64,000 nt of DNA from a virus: positions 24,939 through 88,938 of IMG/VR virus record IMGVR_UViG_3300030419_004440; one strand, given 5' to 3'. The position numbers and the translations under genes are program-made. The notes beneath the pieces were generated by a model. It was not told the DNA's origin. It searched no databases and saw nothing but the letters and a program-made list of their open reading frames with translations. Positions 30,070 through 39,587 of the stretch are shown here, in pieces. Numbering within the stretch: position 1 is the first letter of the stretch; each line of letters starts with the position of its first letter.

Positions 30070-30962
30070 TTTAGCCAATCCCCCAGCTTAACCTTTGCTT
30101 CCCACTTCAATATGTCGTTTGCCTTGCTTGTATCTGCTAGGCTATCCCTTGCCTCACCTAGTCTTTCTGGCAAATTTACATATGTTACATCTTCTCCGCC
30201 TACCATTTTCGCTAAATCCATTATCGTGTGATTTTTCCCCGCACCAATGTTAAAAATATTTCCAAAGGCACGTTTATCATCTGTAAAAGCTGCTTTCATG
30301 TTGGCTTCAACCACGTCGGAAACATGGGTAAAATCTCTTGACTGAAGCCCATCGCCCACTATTGTGAGGGGTACACCTTCATTAAGCTGTTTTTGAAATA
30401 AACCTACGACCGGTGCGTATTGACCGCTGGTAGGCTGCCGGTCTCCATAAACATTGAAGTATCTAAATATAACTGTCTCTAAACCATAAAGTTTATAAAA
30501 CATTTTGCACAACTCTTCTCCTGAAACCTTCGTTACAGAATATGCGTTTAGGCAGTCGTTTTTCATGTCTTCGTTTAGCGGGATTGGGTGGGCAACTCCG
30601 TACGCAGCAGAAGTTGATGAATACATAACCCTTTTAACTCCGGCTTCTTTGGCCGCTTGTAGTACGCTGCAAGTTCCGACAGAGTTGGTCAAAGTTGCCG
30701 CGACAGGATTATTTATGCATGGCTGAATTCTAGATTCGGCAGCTAAATGGAAAACTAAATCAACGCCTTCAAAATGATGCTTTATATTGTAGTAGTCTTC
30801 TACGGAATAGAAGGAGTACTCAGCGTCATCGTTGAAGTAAAAATTCTCGTGGCTATCTGCTGACAAGTCATCAATTACCAAGACCTTATGACCATCATCC
30901 ACTAGACGATCAACTATATGAGATCCTATAAATCCGGCACCACCTGTAACTATTACGTTCAT
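30066..30962 (-). CDS. NAD-dependent nucleotide-sugar epimerase (GalE/WbpP-like)
   Basis: GGAGFIGSH, HLAA, YSVTK (YxxxK), RYFNVYG, GDGLQSRDF. Confidence 0.9.
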   Translation of the reverse strand: MNVIVTGGAGFIGSHIVDRLVDDGHKVLVIDDLSADSHENFYFNDDAEYSFYSVEDYYNIKHHFEGVDLVFHLAAESRIQPCINNPVAATLTNSVGTCSVLQAAKEAGVKRVMYSSTSAAYGVAHPIPLNEDMKNDCLNAYSVTKVSGEELCKMFYKLYGLETVIFRYFNVYGDRQPTSGQYAPVVGLFQKQLNEGVPLTIVGDGLQSRDFTHVSDVVEANMKAAFTDDKRAFGNIFNIGAGKNHTIMDLAKMVGGEDVTYVNLPERLGEARDSLADTSKANDILKWEAKVKLGDWLK

Positions 30963-31840
30963 AATTTTTCACTAGTCCTTTCCAATTTACCTGAAATTTC
31001 CGAGGATTTTAACAGCCTGAACAGTCTAGCTGCACGCCTAAAGCAGTTATGGCGAGACTTGACTTGTTTTTTCAGAATCTGACCTATATCGCCTTCTTCC
31101 GAAGTCTCTATAAATAGAGTTGACAGTATGTTGTCCAGTGTGGACTGTTGGCTTTCATCTACTTTGATTTTTATATTGTTGCACCTAAGAAGAGAATCAA
31201 AAAGCAGTTGCGATGTCACGATATTTACGTCGTCGGCCAACACCACCGTGTCGTACTTTTCGTAAAAAGACACCGCTGACGTTATATCTAAAAACATGTC
31301 GGCATATCCGCTTTGATCCTGCTGATTGAAAGAAACGACGTGACAGGAATCTTGATTGGCTACCGACTCCTGAACCATGCTGTTATTGGTAATGGAGAAG
31401 ACACACGTATCAAGCCTGTAGTCTGGGGTTGGCATTCTTGGTATAAAGACATCTGCGGCAGGGTATATGCCCTCTATCTTTACCCCCTTTTGAGAGACAT
31501 TGCTTGTATTTTTATACATATTAGTGAAAAGGAATGGAACGTTTATTTTGGTGTCCTTTATAATACCTTCAATCGTTTCTATCTCTGATTGCTGGGCACC
31601 GGACACATTTAATATCATGCTAATATTTTTATTGCCTGATAAGTATTTAATTATGTCGTTCGTTAAAAATTTAAAGTGGGAAATAAAAACATCTGGCTTT
31701 GTAAAATCGAAGGTGTCAAAAGCACTCTTGCTTGGATCACTCCACAAAACTGACTCCTCCCCAACTTCCGCGAGGCACTGTTGGAGATACATGGGTTCTG
31801 TAGATAAAGCAGAGGTGTAATTTTGAATTAGGGTTTTCAT
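30959..31840 (-). CDS. Hypothetical protein, possibly a degenerate GT-B glycosyltransferase
   Basis: PDVFIS and a C-terminal HNCFRRA echoing the CgeB HTY..R motif; catalytic motifs not evident. Confidence 0.35.
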   Translation of the reverse strand: MKTLIQNYTSALSTEPMYLQQCLAEVGEESVLWSDPSKSAFDTFDFTKPDVFISHFKFLTNDIIKYLSGNKNISMILNVSGAQQSEIETIEGIIKDTKINVPFLFTNMYKNTSNVSQKGVKIEGIYPAADVFIPRMPTPDYRLDTCVFSITNNSMVQESVANQDSCHVVSFNQQDQSGYADMFLDITSAVSFYEKYDTVVLADDVNIVTSQLLFDSLLRCNNIKIKVDESQQSTLDNILSTLFIETSEEGDIGQILKKQVKSRHNCFRRAARLFRLLKSSEISGKLERTSEKL

Positions 31841-32583
31841 ATTCTTGTGATCCTCTTTAGGGTTTTTATGTTTTGTATTTTTACGGTTGATGTGTTTAAG
31901 ATATCGGTTACAATTACTCTGTTATCCTTTAAGATTACATTAATGGCTTCAAACAAAAATCTATTTTTGTACTCTGGGTTAGATACGGTTGAATATAAAT
32001 TACTGATAATTTTTCTGCCACACAGATAAGCAACTTCATTCCATAGCTTAGTTTTAACCCCCACGGCCATAGACTGTAGTACTGATTCGTTTTCTATCAG
32101 CCCCACGTCAAAGTTTTTGTATTCGTCCTTTTCTTGGCACAGTACGCCGGATTGACTATAGTCTATACTACTCAGCATATCTGGAGTTAAGAGTAGTGCC
32201 CCGTTACACAGTAATATTCTACTGTTATTTATGTTGTGGAGGCACAGTCTAGCACTCTCGCAGCAGTTTGAATTGAAATGCATCTGATTTTCTACAACTC
32301 GTATATTTATATCTGCGAAGTTGTTTTTGACAAATTCCACCGTTTTCTGTGTTTCAAAACCAGAGCATAGTATAATTTCAAAGTTTTTAAAGGTGGCTTT
32401 TATCGCATCAACCTGTCTCTGTATTAAAGTTTTTCCCTCTATTTTCATTAACGAAATAGGCCCATAGGACTTCATCCTATAGCCATGATTCTCGCTAAAC
32501 AAAACTACCGAGATAAACGATTCCTGAGACCCCTTGGGTTCACCCGAAACGGGACTGGTTATAAATCTAGATTTTCTTCTCAT
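31837..32583 (-). CDS. Sugar-phosphate nucleotidyltransferase-like protein (LicC-like, divergent)
   Basis: GYRMKSYGPISLMKI..TLIQRQ, SGF, NCCESARL, NGAL; the canonical LAAG and PK residues are altered. Confidence 0.6.
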   Translation of the reverse strand: MRRKSRFITSPVSGEPKGSQESFISVVLFSENHGYRMKSYGPISLMKIEGKTLIQRQVDAIKATFKNFEIILCSGFETQKTVEFVKNNFADINIRVVENQMHFNSNCCESARLCLHNINNSRILLCNGALLLTPDMLSSIDYSQSGVLCQEKDEYKNFDVGLIENESVLQSMAVGVKTKLWNEVAYLCGRKIISNLYSTVSNPEYKNRFLFEAINVILKDNRVIVTDILNTSTVKIQNIKTLKRITRI

Positions 32584-33391
32584 ATTTCCTATAATTTTTT
32601 TGATTTATAGCAAGTTCTTTAATTTCTTTGACCATTAAATCGTAATCTAGGAAGTCGAGATAGTTTGAGTTTATGACGCCGTACGCTAGTGCAGACACGT
32701 CACTATCGGTGTCTTCAAAAAAAGCGGTTCTATTTAAAAGCTCATTGACTTCCTTGTCTATGAAGTTGAAGAAGTTACTGTCTATTAGTTGTCCGGCCTG
32801 AATTTTTACTATGAAATTACAGCCGATACCAACTGTTCTTTTAAACGCGTCCGTGTCTATCTGATACTTGTCAGCAAACGGGCCACTTGTCAGTGAATCC
32901 GCATGTATGACTAGATCTGCTTTAATGTCTTGTTCAAGAAGTTTGTGCACGCCGTTTACTAATACCTGCGTGTGAACCCCTTTTTGTATTGCAGAAATCG
33001 ACGCTATGATCTTGCCTCTTTCATAGTCGCTATCAATTATTGATTTAATACTTTTGTTTAACTCGTCTTCCGTTTGTTCAGAAATCTCTATAACTACTCC
33101 AAAGCTAGTTTTAGTTTCTTCTTTTGCCTTATCCTGAAGCTCGACTTCGTTCGTTATTTTTAAAGCTCTTTTCCACTTAGATGATCTGTACATATTACAG
33201 AACCTATCTAATCTATAATATTGGTGCAGCTCATCATTTTCAAGACAGTCGTCGACAGGTTGCAAATTGGCTTCGCCTCGTTCTACAAGCTTCTCTAGTC
33301 TACCCACCTTGCATCCGTCTTGCCACAATCCGAACGGACCTCCGCTAGACGGGGGAGCTGAGGTAGCGAATATACATTTTGAACAATCCAT
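32567..33391 (-). CDS. Hypothetical protein with a Cys-rich N-terminus and possible degenerate GT-A domain
   Basis: CSKC..C..FCNMYR; operon position. Confidence 0.4.
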   Translation of the reverse strand: MDCSKCIFATSAPPSSGGPFGLWQDGCKVGRLEKLVERGEANLQPVDDCLENDELHQYYRLDRFCNMYRSSKWKRALKITNEVELQDKAKEETKTSFGVVIEISEQTEDELNKSIKSIIDSDYERGKIIASISAIQKGVHTQVLVNGVHKLLEQDIKADLVIHADSLTSGPFADKYQIDTDAFKRTVGIGCNFIVKIQAGQLIDSNFFNFIDKEVNELLNRTAFFEDTDSDVSALAYGVINSNYLDFLDYDLMVKEIKELAINQKNYRKYEKKI

Positions 33392-33392
33392 T

Positions 33393-33809
33393 TTAAGCCC
33401 TTTGTGCCACTATTTCAAAATGAATTCCAGCGAGTTGTGTATTTAATACTTTCAACCCGAGAGACTCTATGAATGGTTTTATTTCATTTAAAGAAGACAT
33501 AGAATTAATACTTTGAATAAGCTGTGCTCCATCTGCTTCTTCTATTGCACCGTTGATTACGCTCTTGCAAAATAGCCGCAAGTCTTTTCCTCCAATGATA
33601 AGCTTTCCGCCTAAGCGGAGCTTGCTAACCAAGGAGACAATGCAATCCCTGATGTTGCTAAGATAAAAAGAGTCTAAGACATCGTTTGCTAATATCTCAG
33701 TACACTCATTGTCGGATATATCCATAAAGTTTATATAGTTATCAGATACGAGAACTTTCTTGTATCCTTCAATTGCTTCTTGCTCCATTTTGATAACATG
33801 AATCTTCAT
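33393..33809 (-). CDS. Truncated methyltransferase-like protein
   Basis: DNECTEILANDVLD...KLRLGGKLII resembles the C-terminal half of class I methyltransferases; lacks motif I. Confidence 0.45.
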   Translation of the reverse strand: MKIHVIKMEQEAIEGYKKVLVSDNYINFMDISDNECTEILANDVLDSFYLSNIRDCIVSLVSKLRLGGKLIIGGKDLRLFCKSVINGAIEEADGAQLIQSINSMSSLNEIKPFIESLGLKVLNTQLAGIHFEIVAQRA

Positions 33810-34813
33810 TTTTTAACTCCGTATGCGATGTCGAATGTTTTGTTCCAGTTATTTATAAAACTCTCTTCTGAGAAATTCTCAATTACCGTCTTTCTCGCCT
33901 CTTGACCCATTGATTTTCTGAGGTGTTCGTCACCTAAAAGAGTATGTATGTATTTTTTTAGTTCTTCTTCGTCGTTTGACATAAATCCGTTAACTCCGTT
34001 TTCTATGATTTCGGGAATCATACAGGTGGCGGTAGAAACGACTGCACATCCGCAGGACATCGCCTCTAGCAACGAGGTTGGAACTGGACTAATTGTAGAT
34101 GTGTTGAGAAATACTTTTGCCGTATTGTACTCTAGAACTAGGTCTTCTATCGACTCAGCGGGCTTTGAGAGGCCTTCTGAGCAAGTCCCAAGTAGTCTGG
34201 CCTCAAAACCTTCGGTCACTCTTTTCCAACCGTTGTAGTTGCAGCAGTAGTCACGATTTTTAAAATCGTTTACCACACTAAGAATTTCTGCGTGCGTGGC
34301 AGGTTCACCTTTTCTCTCTTCGGTGGGGCTAAATAGCTCTGTGTCAACAGAGTGATGAATTACTCGTGGATCACAGTTCATTTTCCATTGGTCGATTGAG
34401 TACTCGGAAATAAATAAATTTATATCTCCGACCATACTTCTAAAGGCTTGAAGCTGTTCTTGGGGCCAGCTAGGTATGGGGAGTGTATGCTCCAGAGAGA
34501 TTATTGGGATGTTAAGAGTTTGATTTATTTGACTGGCTACTTGGAACTGACCAAATTTACTTTGAGTCAAAATAAAATCGAATTCAATGCCTGAGATTAG
34601 ACTATTCTTTGGAAGAATATAATAATTGCCGGGAAGTTCAGCGTAGGTATTATCCCACTCTTTACAGTTATCGTATCTAAACGAGTAAAAATTGTGTCCA
34701 GTTTTACACAGCTGGGTCTGGTATCTCTCGTGCGTATCGAAGGTAAGTATGTTATACTTATCTTTAGTGGCATTTAGAGATCTATTTATAATACTTGCTG
34801 TTCTATGACTCAT
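33806..34813 (-). CDS. GT4 glycosyltransferase
   Basis: HSVDTELF, VFLNTS..PTSLLEAMSCG, IENGVNG. Confidence 0.85.
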   Translation of the reverse strand: MSHRTASIINRSLNATKDKYNILTFDTHERYQTQLCKTGHNFYSFRYDNCKEWDNTYAELPGNYYILPKNSLISGIEFDFILTQSKFGQFQVASQINQTLNIPIISLEHTLPIPSWPQEQLQAFRSMVGDINLFISEYSIDQWKMNCDPRVIHHSVDTELFSPTEERKGEPATHAEILSVVNDFKNRDYCCNYNGWKRVTEGFEARLLGTCSEGLSKPAESIEDLVLEYNTAKVFLNTSTISPVPTSLLEAMSCGCAVVSTATCMIPEIIENGVNGFMSNDEEELKKYIHTLLGDEHLRKSMGQEARKTVIENFSEESFINNWNKTFDIAYGVKK

Positions 34814-35945
34814 TTAATACCTCCAACATTCTTTCTCCTATTTTTTGATAGGAAAAATTCTCTACCACGCTTAATCCAGCAGATTTAGCCCTTTGCCTGT
34901 GTGCAATAGGATTCTCTTTATAGGACTCGTAATAGCTTCTCATATTTTCCCTAATTGTTTTTTCGCATGGTTGAAACCAGTACTCTCTTCCAGTAAACAT
35001 GTCGGGAAAAGCCGCGTTAGAGCATTTGCAACAAGAAAACACTCCGTTTACTAGAGATCCGGTATTTTTGTCTTCTGGGTCTATAAATTCAGAAGGGCCA
35101 CCAAAATCACTGCAAATAGGGGTGTTGCCAAACCCAACAGCGTCCAGCGAGGGTATCGACCAAGCTTCTCCGTGAGAAGGTAAAACAAAGCAGTCGCAAT
35201 ATTGGTGAACGGAATAAAGTTCTTCTTCAGAGAGGCGAACTGAAAGCACTCCCTCCTTCTTGTATTTTTCAATAGAATTATATAGTCTAAGCAACTGCTT
35301 CTCTCTCGTTAATATTTGTTCTAGCTCCGCGTGTGTTTGCTCTGGCGTTTTACCAAACTTATTTACTTTTATAACAAGAGAAACGTCTTCCGCCCTATCA
35401 AACTCGGAATGAAAGCATGTAACTATAGATGCTATGTTTTTTCTATCGTTTAAGTCGCCCACATAATAAAATTTAAATGTGTCGTCGATATTTGGCAGGT
35501 GTATGTCTTTGTATTTCTTCTTGTACTTATTTACATCTGTTGCGTGATGCACAAGCCTCAAGGGTACACCTATACTGTCTTGCTCTAAGGATTTCATCAA
35601 TGTCTTGTTGGGAACCCAAATTTCATCCATCTGTTGCAGTTGTTCAAACCAACCGATTGTTTTTATGCTGTATGATTCCACCTCTAAAAATGCGATGTTC
35701 TTTTTAAAGGCCGATGTACCAACAAGGTGATGCGGTAGCACATGTTGTATGCAAAAGTCGCACTCGGATGAGTCTTTTTTCTCAAGTTCTAAAATTCTGG
35801 GGTGGACATCTGATTTATCTGATGTTAGTGTTACGTTTCGGCATACAACGTCTACACCCGCTTTATCTAGGGCTAGTATTTGATCTGTAGCGGCTTGTGA
35901 CCACCCTCCGAATTCCTTATAATGTCCTATATATAATACTCTCAT
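34803..35945 (-). CDS. GT4 glycosyltransferase
   Basis: RKN, DCFVLPSHGEAWSIPSLDA; start at 35945 by ATGA overlap. Confidence 0.85.
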   Translation of the reverse strand: MRVLYIGHYKEFGGWSQAATDQILALDKAGVDVVCRNVTLTSDKSDVHPRILELEKKDSSECDFCIQHVLPHHLVGTSAFKKNIAFLEVESYSIKTIGWFEQLQQMDEIWVPNKTLMKSLEQDSIGVPLRLVHHATDVNKYKKKYKDIHLPNIDDTFKFYYVGDLNDRKNIASIVTCFHSEFDRAEDVSLVIKVNKFGKTPEQTHAELEQILTREKQLLRLYNSIEKYKKEGVLSVRLSEEELYSVHQYCDCFVLPSHGEAWSIPSLDAVGFGNTPICSDFGGPSEFIDPEDKNTGSLVNGVFSCCKCSNAAFPDMFTGREYWFQPCEKTIRENMRSYYESYKENPIAHRQRAKSAGLSVVENFSYQKIGERMLEVLNES

Positions 35946-37621
35946 TGAATAAGACCTCGCTGTTTCATCACTTCTACCCGTTTTTGTTCCCAGACATTCT
36001 TTCTTGTGCACATAGATACCATCTGATCGTACGCAGTGTCAAAATTGAATTCAATTCTATGGTTTATGCCATCAAAAGCCGCTGACGACTCGTTAAAATA
36101 CATACCTCCGGTAGATGAGGTGGCAGACCGATAAAGCAAATCTCTTGTCATCCTAGCTTCAAACCATGTGTTGAGTTTGCTTGGTTCTCCTAAAACATTT
36201 ACAATTAACCATTTTGCAAGATTATTTGTTGAAAGCTGATTAGCATCTTTTGGTTTATCTGCGGGATTGTGGATGCTTGGTGGCGAAGCCCAAGTTTTTT
36301 GAACGGGCTCAAGCTCGATACTGTCAAAATAATCTTCCCACTTTTTACCACTTAAGTGCCACTGAAAGTGTTTTTCAAAATTAGACCTTGTTTTTTTGCC
36401 TATGGATTCCCTTTCTTCTTCAGATAGATCAAAGAATTCTTTAAACATTCTGGAGGCTAAGTCATTATCTGGAACCGCACGCAGGCAGCCAGTCTCTAGT
36501 TCTTTATATAATGCAGCCGGTTTTATTGGGTACCCCTCAAGCTTTCTAACCTCGCTTTCCATGGCTGAATAGTCCGTGGCCATGACCGGAACTCCACAGG
36601 CGGCGGCTTCTACAATTGGAAGACCAAAGCCTTCGCAGTTAGCATATTGAACATAAAGATCAAATAGATTGATTATATCGGATAACTGTTCGTAAGAGGC
36701 TCCATTCTTGACGTTGCTTAAGGTTGATCCCCACTTTCCGGTGTAAGGCGACTGTGCGACCGGACCATTAAAGAGAGATGGAAAAGTTTGCTTAGTTTCT
36801 GGGCATATGTAGGTAAATAAGACGTGAGAGGATAGTCCGTGCTCTTGAATCAACTCTGGTATGTCCCACCCTAAATCTGGATAAGATGTGTGGCAGTAGA
36901 GATAGTATTTCTTATCCTCTGATTGGTCTAGAAATTTTTTAAATGCTTCGAATAAGTCCGGGTAAAGCTTGCGTCTTTGATTACGCATAACCGTTCCTAA
37001 TATTTTATACTCTGGGTCTATTCCTAGAGATTTTTTATGCAAGGCCTTATCTTCTACTGGTTGATATGCCGGGTGTGCTGACGGGGGTGCTGACCCTAGG
37101 TAATTGATTTTACCTCCAGACTGATCTTTGAGAACTTCTCCGGCCCAGTCGGAATAAGTGAGGCAGGCGTCGGCGGACTGATATGTTGCCACCCATTGTC
37201 TAGCTTGGGGTCTAGCGTCTACCGTTGGCATAACAGCCCACTTGAAATAGTCTCTATATGGAGATCTTTCTGCGAATTCAAGCATCCAAAAGTCTCGTAT
37301 ATCGCAAACAATATCCGGCATAAAATCTAAACAGACATGCTCAAATATCCACTCCCCAAATTGGGCAGAGCCGTTAGATTGATAGGCCTGCAACTCTTCT
37401 TCTGAAGCTTTGGGTTCGCATGACTGGTTTGGTACGACACCGTAGTAACCCCAAGGTATGTTGGCGGCTCTGGGGTCATTTCTTTCTCCATAGGAGGACA
37501 TTTCTGCTATTACATACTTGTCAGTACTATGAAGATAGTTCAATATTTCTCTGGTATAAGTAGCATAACCCGTATTTAGAAACGTAGCTTCGCTACAAAA
37601 TAAAATTCTTTTCTTCCTCAT
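35942..37621 (-). CDS. GT4 glycosyltransferase with a C-terminal extension
   Basis: TGYA, RNQRRK, EGFGLPIVEAAACGVP. Confidence 0.88.
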   Translation of the reverse strand: MRKKRILFCSEATFLNTGYATYTREILNYLHSTDKYVIAEMSSYGERNDPRAANIPWGYYGVVPNQSCEPKASEEELQAYQSNGSAQFGEWIFEHVCLDFMPDIVCDIRDFWMLEFAERSPYRDYFKWAVMPTVDARPQARQWVATYQSADACLTYSDWAGEVLKDQSGGKINYLGSAPPSAHPAYQPVEDKALHKKSLGIDPEYKILGTVMRNQRRKLYPDLFEAFKKFLDQSEDKKYYLYCHTSYPDLGWDIPELIQEHGLSSHVLFTYICPETKQTFPSLFNGPVAQSPYTGKWGSTLSNVKNGASYEQLSDIINLFDLYVQYANCEGFGLPIVEAAACGVPVMATDYSAMESEVRKLEGYPIKPAALYKELETGCLRAVPDNDLASRMFKEFFDLSEEERESIGKKTRSNFEKHFQWHLSGKKWEDYFDSIELEPVQKTWASPPSIHNPADKPKDANQLSTNNLAKWLIVNVLGEPSKLNTWFEARMTRDLLYRSATSSTGGMYFNESSAAFDGINHRIEFNFDTAYDQMVSMCTRKNVWEQKRVEVMKQRGLIQ

Positions 37622-37622
37622 G

Positions 37623-37940
37623 TTATTCCTTATCCAGACATCCGAAGTCAAATTGGTTTACTCTAAACGTAATCAGCGTATCCTCTTCAGGCTCCATGTT
37701 CTTTGCTGAAGCGGTAACTGTCATCTTCATGCCAGACTTTCCTAGTTTGGCAATGGTTCTTCCCCCACTATCCCAAGCTCTAAGTCTGAGGAAGGTGGGA
37801 TATCTCTTCTTTTCACCCCTTTTGTTTCTGACGTATTCGTAAACGGTTAGGGTAAACTCGCAATATTCTGCACCGCTATCTTCATCTACGTCAATCTCTG
37901 GGTCACCATATAGGTATCCTGTAAACGTACAGTTGTTCAT
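37623..37940 (-). CDS. ssb: Single-stranded DNA-binding protein (short OB fold)
   Basis: MNNCTFTGYL..DPE, FTLTV, FLRLRAW pattern of bacterial SSB. Confidence 0.75.
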   Translation of the reverse strand: MNNCTFTGYLYGDPEIDVDEDSGAEYCEFTLTVYEYVRNKRGEKKRYPTFLRLRAWDSGGRTIAKLGKSGMKMTVTASAKNMEPEEDTLITFRVNQFDFGCLDKE

Positions 37941-37964
37941 GTATCATTCCTCAAGTTATATTAC

Positions 37965-37993
37965 ATAGTAGTAGCTAAACTACAAAAATCCAA
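37965..37993 (-). promoter_or_regulatory. Sigma70-like promoter TTGGAT-N17-TACTAT
   Basis: Intergenic, upstream of ssb, 17 bp spacer. Confidence 0.5.
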
Positions 37994-38021
37994 AATTTTT
38001 CTCATCTTTTACGAATAAAAA

Positions 38022-39587
38022 TTATATTTCGTGCACCTTACTTACAATGAATGAGTTATCCCTCTCGACCTCTCCGCAAAATAAAAGATTGTTTCCTTCG
38101 TATAGCACATATTGGTATTTTTCTCTTGCCTCTGGAAAAATTACGACGCTATCTAAAGAACAAGTTGTGTCCTCGATGGTAAGAAACGCCATTAGTTTTC
38201 CTTTAGTTTTCCCTCTCTTGACCTTGTATGTGTTCATCCTGTTTATATTGGCTGCTATACATATATCTTTACCTGTTTTGCCGTTAAGAACATCTTTGCA
38301 GTAGGTGTTCGCTGAAGACGTGTCCGAAGATTCTACTTTTGATAACGATATTGGGCAACCTAGGAACTTATTCTCCTGCTCAATGATCCAAGCTGGGTCA
38401 TCGGACAGGTCGTACGGTGGAGATCTAAGCATCTCAACTTCATTAAGTACAATCTGACTTCTATTTGTGTTACTTGTTCCTCCTCCAAGTTTTTTTGTTG
38501 GTGCCAAATCAGCAAAGCAATCTTGTAACGTTTTCCATTTCTTCTTCGGGTAGTTTGTCACAACCCATTTTAATTCAGCTTTTGTAAGCTCTCTGAATAT
38601 TAAGTATTCATACAGAGCCTTGTTTCTTGTTACCCCCGTAGATTTAGTGGAAAAAAAACCGATTGACGCAAGAGCCTTAAACGCTGTTAAGTTTATTTTT
38701 GTTGATAACGTCGTTAAAACATCCATCCAGCTAAACTTTGAAGGGTCTTTTCCGGTCTCTTCAGATGCTTCTAGGATAGCTTTTATAGCCTTGTCTCCGG
38801 TCACACCGGTTAAACCTTTAATGTCTTTAACACCAAAATAAATTCCATCATCTGCTATTCTAAATTTTTTACTATGAGAGGATAGCTTGGGGATTTTTAC
38901 GTCTATGCCAAACAATTTAGCTTCATTTACTAGTTCATAGACTTCTTGGTGTGGATCTTGTTTTTCATTCGAGAAGTATAGATAAGACAGAAAGAATTCC
39001 TTGACGTGATTTGCTTTGTACCAAGCAGACCAATACGAGTCGACGGCATAAGCAACTGCATGTGATTTGTTAAACGAGTATCTTGAGGATTTTTCGATCC
39101 AGCCAAATATCTCAAGGGCTGTATCCTCATCAACGGTTCCAACATTTTTGCAGCCCGCTATGAAATCCTCTTTAATCTTCGCCATAAGGTCTGCTTTTTT
39201 CTTTCCGATAGCCTTACGTAGATCGTCAGCCTTTTTAAGGTCAAACCCCGCTAGCTTTTGTGCTATACGCATGGATTGTTCTTGGTACACTAGAACGCCA
39301 TAGGTTGGCTTTAGTATATCCTCAAGAGACTCATGTAAATAAGAAACCTCTTCAATTTTATGCTTCCTGTCTACAAATCTTTTGGTCATTGATTTTCCAT
39401 CAATAATTGCCTTGAGGCATCCCGGCCTAATTAAGGCTATAAGTGCGGCCAGTTCTTCTATATTCTCTGGCTGTAATTTTTTAGACCAGCTTCTACCAAG
39501 GTTGCTTTCAAGCTGAAAGACCCCCTTAGTCTTCCCCTCTTTAAAAAGCTCCCAAGTTTTTTCATCTTTATAATCAATGTTAGACAT
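38022..39587 (-). CDS. dnaE: DNA polymerase III alpha, C-terminal half (fingers, HhH, OB)
   Basis: GVFQLES, LIRPG, TYGVLVYQEQ, ADDLRKAIGKK, YSFNKSHAVAY, MAFLTIED; start MSNIDY at 39587. Confidence 0.92.
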   Translation of the reverse strand: MSNIDYKDEKTWELFKEGKTKGVFQLESNLGRSWSKKLQPENIEELAALIALIRPGCLKAIIDGKSMTKRFVDRKHKIEEVSYLHESLEDILKPTYGVLVYQEQSMRIAQKLAGFDLKKADDLRKAIGKKKADLMAKIKEDFIAGCKNVGTVDEDTALEIFGWIEKSSRYSFNKSHAVAYAVDSYWSAWYKANHVKEFFLSYLYFSNEKQDPHQEVYELVNEAKLFGIDVKIPKLSSHSKKFRIADDGIYFGVKDIKGLTGVTGDKAIKAILEASEETGKDPSKFSWMDVLTTLSTKINLTAFKALASIGFFSTKSTGVTRNKALYEYLIFRELTKAELKWVVTNYPKKKWKTLQDCFADLAPTKKLGGGTSNTNRSQIVLNEVEMLRSPPYDLSDDPAWIIEQENKFLGCPISLSKVESSDTSSANTYCKDVLNGKTGKDICIAANINRMNTYKVKRGKTKGKLMAFLTIEDTTCSLDSVVIFPEAREKYQYVLYEGNNLLFCGEVERDNSFIVSKVHEI

